Part shown: piece by piece, positions 28,527 to 36,005 of the stretch
Numbering within the stretch: position 1 is the stretch's first letter
How the letters are laid out: the number at the start of each line of letters is the position of its first letter
Assembly: GCA_964361105.1 (NCBI GenBank)
Contig: CAYHZG010000003.1
Coordinates: forward strand, 1 to 37,419
Direction: 5' to 3'
Source: an uncultured Candidatus Saccharibacteria bacterium
GTDB lineage: Bacteria; Patescibacteriota; Minisyncoccia; 2-02-FULL-40-12
DNA length: 37,419 nucleotides
Notes under the pieces: model-generated
What the model saw: only the letters and a program-made list of their open reading frames with translations
What the model was told of the DNA's origin: nothing
Databases searched by the model: none
Translations under genes and position numbers: made by a program

Positions 28527-28997
28527 GTGGGTAAAAAAAGAATTGTGGTAAAACCTGGTGATGAGACATTGACCATTGAAAAAGGGGTTGAGGTTAAGGT
28601 TTCCCCGCTACATAAAGTAGCGGGGCAGGCAAAAAAAGCTGTCAAAAAACAAGTGATCAGGGGCAATGTTTTTATTCACGCCAGTTTTAATAACACGATT
28701 GTTACCGTTACTGATGAAAAAGGAAATGTGATAACTTGGGCTTCGGCCGGAAACCTTGGTTTTAAAGGCACGAAAAAATCAACGCCTTTTGCGGCGACGT
28801 TGGTTGGAAAAGCCGCCGCTGAAAAAGCAAGAAAATTCGGTTTTACCGAAGCCGAGGTTTACGTAAAAGGAGTCGGGCCTGGTCGGGAGGCGGCCATTCG
28901 AGGTTTATTTTCGGCCGGCATAGATATTAAAGGAATAATTGATAATACGCCGATTCCGCATGGCGGGGTCAAGCCGCCGAAACCTAGGAGGGTTTAG
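28527..28997 (+). CDS. rpsK: 30S ribosomal protein S11
   Basis: ASFNNTIVTVTD, GFKGTKKSTPFAA, GPGRE, TPIPHGG. Confidence 0.98.
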   Translation: MGKKRIVVKPGDETLTIEKGVEVKVSPLHKVAGQAKKAVKKQVIRGNVFIHASFNNTIVTVTDEKGNVITWASAGNLGFKGTKKSTPFAATLVGKAAAEKARKFGFTEAEVYVKGVGPGREAAIRGLFSAGIDIKGIIDNTPIPHGGVKPPKPRRV

Positions 28998-29127
28998 TTT
29001 TTGTCTAAGAGCGAAGCGATTAGCAACAAAATCTAAACCGAGCACTCAGCAAGGAAAATTATTTACATTTCTGAGTGCTCGGTGCTGAAATTTATAGTTG
29101 CTCGCCGAGCTCGCAAATAAATTTCGC
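28996..29127 (+). promoter_or_regulatory. Structured rpsD leader (family D, copy 2)
   Basis: Same 5' block as the rpsM leader; hairpin ACCGAGCACTCAG / CTGAGTGCTCGGT. Confidence 0.6.
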
Positions 29128-29766
29128 ATGGCAAGATACACTGGTCCAAAAGAAAAAATTGAAAGACGACTGGGTGAGAAACTTTTTTTGAAAGGGGAGC
29201 GTTCTTATTCTCCAAAAGCAGCCATGGTTCGTAAGCCCTATCCGCCAGGGGTCCATGGTCGTCGCCTAAAAAACAGAAAATTTTCCGAGTACGGCCTTCA
29301 ACTTATCGCCAAGCAAAAAGTCAGAAATATTTATCGCATTTTGGAGAGACAGTTCAGAAGATATACCGATGAAGCGGTGAAATCTAGGGGTGATTCGGGT
29401 GAGGCCTTGGTCCAAGGTTTAGAAAGACGGCTGGATAATGTAGTTTTTCGATTAGGATTTTCTGATGCCAGAGACACGGCGAGACAACTGGTTAGCCACA
29501 GTCATTTTTTGGTCAACGATAAGCATATCAACATTCCTTCTTTCAAGGTCAGAGTTGGCGATGTCGTAAAAGTAAAACCGCAAAATTTAAAGAACAAATA
29601 TTTTTCTTCTTTTCTGCCTCGATACTTGAAAAAGTACCAGCCTCCTAGCTGGCTTGAGGTTGATAAAGAAACATTTATCGGCAAGGTTAAGAATTTGCCA
29701 AGTTTAGCCGAAAGCGGCGTTCAGCATAAAGATGTTCAGGCGATAATTGAGTTTTATTCGAGGTAG
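29128..29766 (+). CDS. rpsD: 30S ribosomal protein S4
   Basis: MARYTGP, PPGVHG, SEYGLQL, LERRLDNVVFRLG, ARQLVSH, IIEFYSR. Confidence 0.98.
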   Translation: MARYTGPKEKIERRLGEKLFLKGERSYSPKAAMVRKPYPPGVHGRRLKNRKFSEYGLQLIAKQKVRNIYRILERQFRRYTDEAVKSRGDSGEALVQGLERRLDNVVFRLGFSDARDTARQLVSHSHFLVNDKHINIPSFKVRVGDVVKVKPQNLKNKYFSSFLPRYLKKYQPPSWLEVDKETFIGKVKNLPSLAESGVQHKDVQAIIEFYSR

Positions 29767-29781
29767 GCAAAGCCATATGGA

Positions 29782-29896
29782 TCCCGAACGAAATAGCCCT
29801 GTCGGGTTCGGGATATAAGTAAAATTTTAATTAAATAGCATGATGGGCAATTATAGACTTATGTATATAACTGCGCAGCAGCTATTTCGTACGGGA
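29782..29896 (+). mobile_element. Family A divergent copy 4 (115 nt) before rpoA; flanked by TGGA/TGGA
   Basis: TCCCGAACGAAATAGC...GCTATTTCGTACGGGA; shares ACTGCG(C/A)AGCAGC with copy 5 and, split by the nested insert, copy 2. Confidence 0.75.
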
Positions 29897-30657
29897 TGGA
29901 AATTTTAGTCGGAGAGCCAAAAATTGTCAGCAAAGAAAACAACAGAACGGTTTTTGAAATTAGCCCGCTCTATACAGGATATGGGATAACAATCGGAAAC
30001 TCCCTCCGGAGGGTTTTACTTTCTTCAATGCCCGGGGCCGCGGCCGTGAAAATCAAGATTGAAGGCGTGCCTCACGAATTCACGACCATTCCTGGCGTTT
30101 TAGAAGATGTGGTAGACATAATTTTAAATTTAAAGAAAGTAAGGTTTAAACTTTCAGGAGTTGATTCGGCCAAAGCCATTTTGAATGCCAAAGGAGAGAA
30201 AGAAATCACGGCCGGCGATTTAAGTTTGCCGACTGGTGTGGAGGTGGTAAATCCGGACCAAAAAATCTTAACTTTAAGCGACAAAAAAGCCGAGGTTAAT
30301 ATGGAGATAGAAATTGAAAAGGGCATTGGTTATGGGCCGGTTGAGCAAAGGCAGAAAGAGAAACTTTCGGTCGGGGAAATAGCCATTGACGCAATTTTTA
30401 GTCCGGTTCGGAGGGTCAGTTTTCGAGTTGAGAATATCAGAGTGGGGGAGAGGACTGATTTTAATAAACTTTTCATTGACGTTGAAACCGACGGCAGCGT
30501 TACTCCCGAAGAAGCCATGAAAAAAGCAGTTGGAATTTTAATTGAGCAGTTTAAGGTAATGGGCGAGAGTCCAAATTTAGAGGTTAAAGTAAAAGAGCCA
30601 GCCGAAGACAAACCAAAAAAGAAAAGAGGAAGACCCAGAAAAGTAGTCGGTAGTTAA
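29896..30657 (+). CDS. rpoA: RNA polymerase alpha subunit lacking the alpha-CTD
   Basis: GYGITIGNSLRRVLLSS, HEFTTIPGVLEDV, IDAIFSPV, RVGERTDF, ETDGS; ends KKKRGRPRKVVGS at 253 aa. Confidence 0.97.
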   Translation: MEILVGEPKIVSKENNRTVFEISPLYTGYGITIGNSLRRVLLSSMPGAAAVKIKIEGVPHEFTTIPGVLEDVVDIILNLKKVRFKLSGVDSAKAILNAKGEKEITAGDLSLPTGVEVVNPDQKILTLSDKKAEVNMEIEIEKGIGYGPVEQRQKEKLSVGEIAIDAIFSPVRRVSFRVENIRVGERTDFNKLFIDVETDGSVTPEEAMKKAVGILIEQFKVMGESPNLEVKVKEPAEDKPKKKRGRPRKVVGS

Positions 30658-30671
30658 AAATTAGAAAAATC

Positions 30672-31019
30672 ATGAGAAAACGGAAAAAGGGGAAAAAATT
30701 TGGAAGAGTCAAAGAACAGAGAAGAGCTTTAATGAATAGCTTGGTTTCTGCATTGGTCTTGCATAAAAAGATAAAGACCACCGAGGCGAAAGCCAAAGAG
30801 TTGAGGCGTTTTATAGAGCCCTTGATTACCAAAGCCAGAGTCGGCGATTTGGCCAAAAGGCGTCAGGTCAGAAAATTTTTGTCTGACTCAATTACCAAGA
30901 AACTGTTTGATGAAATAGGACCGTTGTATAAAGAAAGGCCCGGCGGCTATACCAGAATCATCAAACTGGCGCCACGGGAATCGGACGGAGCGCGAATGGC
31001 CCAGATAGAATTTGTATAA
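30672..31019 (+). CDS. rplQ: 50S ribosomal protein L17
   Basis: IKTTEAKAKELR, ERPGGYTRIIKL. Confidence 0.98.
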   Translation: MRKRKKGKKFGRVKEQRRALMNSLVSALVLHKKIKTTEAKAKELRRFIEPLITKARVGDLAKRRQVRKFLSDSITKKLFDEIGPLYKERPGGYTRIIKLAPRESDGARMAQIEFV

Positions 31020-31354
31020 TGATTGAGATTGATGCTTCAAACCAACCATTAGGACGCTTGGCTTCAAAAATAGCCCAGTTTTTGCGAGGGAAGCAAAGTC
31101 CTAGCTTTCAGCCGTATATTCTTTCTAAAGAAAAAGTTATGGTGAGCAATGCCGGAAAGATGAAATTTACCGGTAGGAAAATGGAGCAAAAAAAGTATTA
31201 TCATTATTCGGGTTATCCAGGCGGGCTTAAAGAAAAGAAAATGAAAGATGTTTTTGAGAAGAACCCGAATGAGGTTTTAAGGAGAGCGGTCTGGGGAATG
31301 CTTCCCAAAAACCGTTTGAGAAAGGAAATGATAAAAAATCTACAATTTAAATGA
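31019..31354 (+). CDS. rplM: 50S ribosomal protein L13 (short form)
   Basis: IDA..LGRLAS, LRGK, HYSGYPGGLK, AVWGMLPKNRL. Confidence 0.96.
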   Translation: MIEIDASNQPLGRLASKIAQFLRGKQSPSFQPYILSKEKVMVSNAGKMKFTGRKMEQKKYYHYSGYPGGLKEKKMKDVFEKNPNEVLRRAVWGMLPKNRLRKEMIKNLQFK

Positions 31355-31887
31355 TGGTTAAAAAAACTGCAAAAAAAACAAAAGAGCCAGCTCCAAAAAA
31401 GAAAGTAGTCGTCGAAGGCGAGCCTGGCCAAGGGCGGGAGATAAAAGTTGAGGTTAAAGCTGTAGAAAGTCCAGAAAGATATCTTGAGGCAGTTGGCCGG
31501 AGAAAAGAATCCATTGCCAGAGTCCGGCTTTTCACCAAAAAAGCAAGCGATAAATTCCCGGAAGACAAGGGCTTGATTTCGGTCAATCAGAAATCATATC
31601 AAGAGTATTTTAAGGATCCATTTTTGCAAAATACGGTTGAAGCGCCTCTTAGAAAGTTAAAATCATTGGACAGGTTTAAGGGCTCGGTTATGGTCAAGGG
31701 CGGGGGGCTCTCCGGCCAGGCTGATGCTATAAAACTAGGCGTGGCTCGGGCTTTGGTTTTGTTTGACGCCAACTACCGCAAGAAACTCAAAAAATTCGGC
31801 TACCTGACCCAGGATTCCCGCATCAAAGAAAGACGGAAATACGGACTAAAGAAAGCACGAAAAGCGCCGCAATGGGCGAAGAGGTAA
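31351..31887 (+). CDS. rpsI: 30S ribosomal protein S9 with Lys-rich N-terminal extension
   Basis: GRRKESIARV, GGGLSGQADAI, KERRKYGLKKARKAPQWAKR. Confidence 0.98.
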   Translation: MMVKKTAKKTKEPAPKKKVVVEGEPGQGREIKVEVKAVESPERYLEAVGRRKESIARVRLFTKKASDKFPEDKGLISVNQKSYQEYFKDPFLQNTVEAPLRKLKSLDRFKGSVMVKGGGLSGQADAIKLGVARALVLFDANYRKKLKKFGYLTQDSRIKERRKYGLKKARKAPQWAKR

Positions 31888-31925
31888 TGTCAAAATTTAC
31901 GATGCCGCATTGGGCAAAACGATAA

Positions 31926-31995
31926 GGAGTCATAACTCGGTTGCTTCATCTGCTATAAGTTATGACTCCAGTTTCGGCGGGTTTTCTGTTTTTAT
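31926..31995 (+). terminator. Hairpin after rpsI, possible operon terminator
   Basis: GGAGTCATAACT...AGTTATGACTCC 12-bp stem, then T-rich sequence. Confidence 0.45.
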
Positions 31996-32049
31996 TTGAC
32001 TCCATTTCTTCTTTTAAATACGATTAAGCCAGCACTTAGGAGGGAGGTG
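31996..32049 (+). promoter_or_regulatory. Sigma70-like promoter and strong Shine-Dalgarno for the orphan gene
   Basis: TTGACT 31996-32001, 17 nt, TACGAT 32019-32024; GGAGGTG 32043-32049. Confidence 0.6.
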
Positions 32050-32053
32050 AGTG

Positions 32054-32632
32054 ATGCGATTAGTTACTCCAGTCTTTTTGACGGTGTTGCTGTTTTTTTC
32101 GTGGCCGGCGACCGCGAGTCAAGCAGTCCAAAGGCAAAAACTCTGTTCAGAAATGGACGAGAAAGAAAGGCGCAAGACCGAGCGCTGTAAAACTGACCAG
32201 GAGCGGCGCGAAGACGAGCAAAAACGCCATCTGGCTGAAATCGCCGAGAAAGAGAAGCCGACCAAGAGTTCCTTTATGAAATGGGTCCATTTGGACGGCT
32301 ACTGGATTCAGAGCGCAAGCTCAAATATGTTTCAGGGTCTTGCCGGAATGCATGTTGTAGTTTTTGAGGAAGGCCGTCTCCAGCTCTACGGTCCGCCCGG
32401 CATTATCCTTGTCCGCCAGCAGGTCAGCAAAGAGGAGCATCAGCTCCACTTTGGCATTACTTGGGGATTTAGTTTTCGTTTATTCGATATTCGTGTTCCG
32501 GGTACAGACAATGAGGTCAGGGTCTTTGGCAATTTGGCCAAGGTTTGGCTCCAGGGCGTCAATCAGGATATTCCCGGAGCGAGCATTTCAGCAATAGACA
32601 TGGTTGGCCTTTCGGTCACTTTTGCCAAGTAG
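32054..32632 (+). CDS. Hypothetical secreted protein, probably horizontally acquired
   Basis: Signal peptide (ATA-SQA); visibly GC-richer codons; own promoter, SD and terminator. Confidence 0.7.
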   Translation: MRLVTPVFLTVLLFFSWPATASQAVQRQKLCSEMDEKERRKTERCKTDQERREDEQKRHLAEIAEKEKPTKSSFMKWVHLDGYWIQSASSNMFQGLAGMHVVVFEEGRLQLYGPPGIILVRQQVSKEEHQLHFGITWGFSFRLFDIRVPGTDNEVRVFGNLAKVWLQGVNQDIPGASISAIDMVGLSVTFAK

Positions 32633-32644
32633 GTCCGCCAAGCG

Positions 32645-32698
32645 GCCCCGCCACCAAGAAAGAAAGGCCTTGTCCTTCCAGCTTGGCGGGGCTTTTCT
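32645..32698. terminator. Terminator between convergent genes
   Basis: GCCCCGCCA...TGGCGGGGC followed by TTTT. Confidence 0.65.
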
Positions 32699-32701
32699 AA
32701 T

Positions 32702-33580
32702 TCAGATAATTAAGTCGTTCCTCCCGCCACTTGGGTCTACTTCCACGAAATTAGTTTTGCCGCTTTCGGTCAGATAAATCAGATGCCAGCTTGTTTTAAA
32801 CCATAAGACCCGCTCTATTTTTTCACTGGTTTTTAAAATCACTTCTTTGTGGCTTTTTTCAAAATACGGCGGCTCATTTTCATTTTTAAGCCAGAGGATG
32901 CTTATCTCATTTTGGCCGACAACGGCCAGTTTTTTGTTGTCCGGCGACAGGACTAAATCGTTTGCAGACGAAGAATGAATATTTTCCCAATTGCCATCTG
33001 AACTTAATAAGAACACACCGGGCGCCTTGAGGTCTTTTGAGGCCAAGTAGATCTCCTTCTCCAAAACTTTTAATTCAAAGTTCTTAATGTACACCGATTC
33101 GGAAGATATTTTTTCTATTTTTTCATCTTCGGTTTTTCGATAAAGCAAGCCGTCTTTTTTATTTATGAAATAACTGGGGTTTTCTTTTACTGGTTCTGAA
33201 CTTTCAATGAAATCATTTATCTCTCCCTGGTCCGGCAAGTAAAGATGAGTCAATTGGTTGGCTTCGCCGGATTTAATTTCAATAGTTTTGCTGATTTTTG
33301 GAAATCCTTCTTTTGAAAATTTTAAGTCATATTTCCCGGGCAGAAGATTTTTTTCAATGAAAGTATTGGAAAAGAACGAGGTTTTTCCCTTGAGGTGGCC
33401 GTTAATGTAAACCTCAACGCCATCCAGATTTGCCTTTGTAAAAAGACCGCCGGTTTCCACCCATTTTAAATTAGCGAAATTAAATTGATAGCCGTAAGCG
33501 TATGAAATTATAAAATAACTCAAAACAAAAAAAGCCAGAAACGAAGTGATTAAAATTGCGGTCTTCGTACGTTTACTCAT
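32702..33580 (-). CDS. Membrane-anchored PEGA-domain protein
   Basis: N-terminal TM, YAYGY, TGGL, VYING, NLLPGKYDLKFSKEGF, LSPDNKKLA. Confidence 0.8.
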   Translation of the reverse strand: MSKRTKTAILITSFLAFFVLSYFIISYAYGYQFNFANLKWVETGGLFTKANLDGVEVYINGHLKGKTSFFSNTFIEKNLLPGKYDLKFSKEGFPKISKTIEIKSGEANQLTHLYLPDQGEINDFIESSEPVKENPSYFINKKDGLLYRKTEDEKIEKISSESVYIKNFELKVLEKEIYLASKDLKAPGVFLLSSDGNWENIHSSSANDLVLSPDNKKLAVVGQNEISILWLKNENEPPYFEKSHKEVILKTSEKIERVLWFKTSWHLIYLTESGKTNFVEVDPSGGRNDLII

Positions 33581-33662
33581 GAGAGTTTTTATTTTATACT
33601 TCTATTAATAAATCGTCAATTTGACTTCCGGCTGTTTTTTGATACTTTTTTAATACTTTGAA

Positions 33663-33778
33663 CCCCGTTAGAAGTAGCCCTAGCGGGTGAAACACTCGGG
33701 GTATTAAATATATAACAATAGTAGTTCTGCGTGCATAACCGATTATTACGGACTGCGAAGCAGCTACTTCTAACGGGG
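33663..33778 (+). mobile_element. Family A element, copy 5 (116 nt) before mreB; flanked by TGAA/TGAA
   Basis: CCCCGTTAGAAGTAGC...GCTACTTCTAACGGGG 16-bp inverted repeat; TGAA at 33659-33662 and 33779-33782. Confidence 0.85.
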
Positions 33779-34779
33779 TGAATAAAATTGGCATTGACTT
33801 AGGCACAACCAATACTCTGGTTTTTGTTCCGGGTAACGGAATCAGAATTAATGAACCCTCGGTGGTCGCTGTTTCTTTGTTCGATAATCGGATTTTAGCG
33901 GTCGGGAACGCAGCCAAAGAAATGGTCGGCCGGACGCCGGATACGATTTCGGTAATCAAGCCCCTGAAGGATGGAGTCATTGCCGACTATAAAGTGACTC
34001 AGGCGATGATCAGGTATTTTATCAAAAAAGCGTTCAGCCGATTCAATTTTTTCAAAAAAGAGGTTTTGATTTCGGTGCCGGTGTCCATAAATTCCACCGA
34101 AAGAAGGGCGGTAATCGAAGCCGGAATGAATGCCGGGGTCAAGACGGTTTATCTGGTCAAGGAACCGGTGCTTGCGGCGATCGGTGCCGGCATCCCGATT
34201 AATTCTTCTTACGGCCACATGGTGGTTAATATCGGCGGCGGCATGACCGAGGTGGCGATAATCAGTTTGGGCGGAGTGGTGGTAAGCGCCGGCATAAGAT
34301 GCGGCGGCAATAAAATTGACCAGGCCATCATTGATTATGTTAAAAAAAAGCACAACTTGGCCATCGGCGAGAGAACGGCGGAGTTAATTAAGATGAATAT
34401 CGGAACGGCAGTTAGGATTTCCGGTGAAGAGAAAATTTCAATAAGGGGCCGCGACTTGATTTCGGGCCTGCCAAAAACAATTGATTTGACTTCCAATGAA
34501 GTCAATGAAGCCATCCATGACCAGCTCAAAGAAATCAGTCAGGTTATAAAAAGAGTTTTGCAGGAAACCCCGCCCGAACTCTGTGCCGACGTGATCGAGC
34601 AGGGAATTATTTTAACCGGCGGCGGGGCCCTGCTTAAGAATATTGATACTTTTGTAACCAGAGTAATCGGCGTCCCGGCTCATCTGGCCGAAGAACCATT
34701 ACTTTGCGTGGCCAAAGGCGCCGGAGTAGTGTTGGATAACTTAGACATTTATAAGAGGAATATAATCACTAGGAGATGA
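33778..34779 (+). CDS. mreB: MreB/Mbl actin-like protein
   Basis: IGIDLGTTNT, EPSVVA, PLKDGVIADY, AAIGAG, GRDLISGLPK, TPPEL, LTGGGALL. Confidence 0.95.
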   Translation: MNKIGIDLGTTNTLVFVPGNGIRINEPSVVAVSLFDNRILAVGNAAKEMVGRTPDTISVIKPLKDGVIADYKVTQAMIRYFIKKAFSRFNFFKKEVLISVPVSINSTERRAVIEAGMNAGVKTVYLVKEPVLAAIGAGIPINSSYGHMVVNIGGGMTEVAIISLGGVVVSAGIRCGGNKIDQAIIDYVKKKHNLAIGERTAELIKMNIGTAVRISGEEKISIRGRDLISGLPKTIDLTSNEVNEAIHDQLKEISQVIKRVLQETPPELCADVIEQGIILTGGGALLKNIDTFVTRVIGVPAHLAEEPLLCVAKGAGVVLDNLDIYKRNIITRR

Positions 34780-36005
34780 AAATTGCTCTTATCCACGACT
34801 GGCTGACTCGGCTTGGCGGAGCCGAGAGAGTGTTGATTGCTTTACATAAGATTTTTCCCGAAGCTCCGATCTACACTCTTTTTCATGACCAAAAATTTAC
34901 CTCAGAATATCTGCCTCGAGCAAAAATAATTCCTTCTTTTCTCCAAAAAATCCCAAATATCAAAAAACTGCACCCCTGGTTTAAGATTTTAATGCCTTCG
35001 GCAGTGGAATCTTTGGATTTATCCGGTTTTGATTTGATTATTTCTTCAAGCCATGAGTTTAGCCACGGCGTTTTAGTAAAGCAAAAAACCAGCCACATCT
35101 GCTTTTATCACAGTCCTTCCCGGATTATCTGGGACCGGGCTCACGAATATTTAAGTGATTTTAAAGAAAGGGGACGGGGAAGATTTAAATTGTCGCTAAT
35201 AAAACTGGGCCAGCATTTTTTACGGCTGTGGGACTACACCTCTAGTCAAAGGCCGGACATTATTTTAGCAAACTCTAGACATGTGGCTGAAAGGATAAAA
35301 AAATACTATGGCAGAGAAGCAAAAGTGGTATATCCTCCGATTTCGTTCCCGATGGATTCATTGGGATTACGAAATCGAGAGTCCTCGATTTTCCAACCAA
35401 ATCAGATTGATTTGGGGAAAATCGGGACGCCATACTTTCTGATTGTTTCCCAGCTTTACCCGCACAAGAACATTGATTTAGCGATTGAAGCATTTAAAAA
35501 CTTGCCAAACCTTAATTTACTGACAATAGGGGACGGACCGAAAAAAAAGAATTTAGAATCACGAATCAAAAATTATGGGAATGTAAAATTATTAGGATTT
35601 GTGCCGGATTCGGAACTGCCTTATTATTATCAAAACTGCTTAGCTTATCTTATTTGTAACGAAGAGGACTTTGGCCTTTCGCCGGTTGAAGCAATGTCTT
35701 TTGGCAAACCAGTTCTGGCTTTAAGGCGAGGCGGTGCAATTGAGACAGTTTTGGAGGGTATAACTGGAGAATTCTTTGACCCCATTAGAGGTAAAAACAC
35801 GCTGCGGGCCCTCGCGGCCTCTAACGGGGTAAATGAACTTGTAAAAGCTGTTCAAAATATTAGTGAAAAAATTAAAAATGGCCGCTACGATTCCAAGACC
35901 ATAAAAAAACATTCCGAAAAATTTAGCTTTGAACGGTTTAAAAAAAGGATTCTGGATTTAGTAGATAATTTGGATTATACTGGAAAAACAAGAAAAACAA
36001 TATGA
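34776..36005 (+). CDS. Glycosyltransferase family 4 carrying two palindromic in-frame insertions
   Basis: MKIALIHDWL..GGAERVL, ANS, YPP, GDGP, EEDFGLSPVEAM.FGKPVLA. Confidence 0.93.
   Translation: MKIALIHDWLTRLGGAERVLIALHKIFPEAPIYTLFHDQKFTSEYLPRAKIIPSFLQKIPNIKKLHPWFKILMPSAVESLDLSGFDLIISSSHEFSHGVLVKQKTSHICFYHSPSRIIWDRAHEYLSDFKERGRGRFKLSLIKLGQHFLRLWDYTSSQRPDIILANSRHVAERIKKYYGREAKVVYPPISFPMDSLGLRNRESSIFQPNQIDLGKIGTPYFLIVSQLYPHKNIDLAIEAFKNLPNLNLLTIGDGPKKKNLESRIKNYGNVKLLGFVPDSELPYYYQNCLAYLICNEEDFGLSPVEAMSFGKPVLALRRGGAIETVLEGITGEFFDPIRGKNTLRALAASNGVNELVKAVQNISEKIKNGRYDSKTIKKHSEKFSFERFKKRILDLVDNLDYTGKTRKTI
35335..35427. repeat. Family B element, copy 3 (in frame in GT4)
   Basis: CTCCGATTTCGT...ACGAAATCGAGAGTCCTCGATTTTCC...GGAAAATCGGGA. 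Confidence 0.8.
35780..35829 (-). mobile_element. Family A short (50-nt) element in frame in GT4
   Basis: Reverse complement reads CCCCGTTAGAGG-CCGCGAGGGCCCGCAGCGTG-TTTTTA-CCTCTAATGGGG; same length and core as 17756-17805. Confidence 0.85.

Noticed and set aside
31019-31354. rplM as a pseudogene
   Set aside because: Core motifs intact and start/stop overlap neighbouring genes; treated as a compact form
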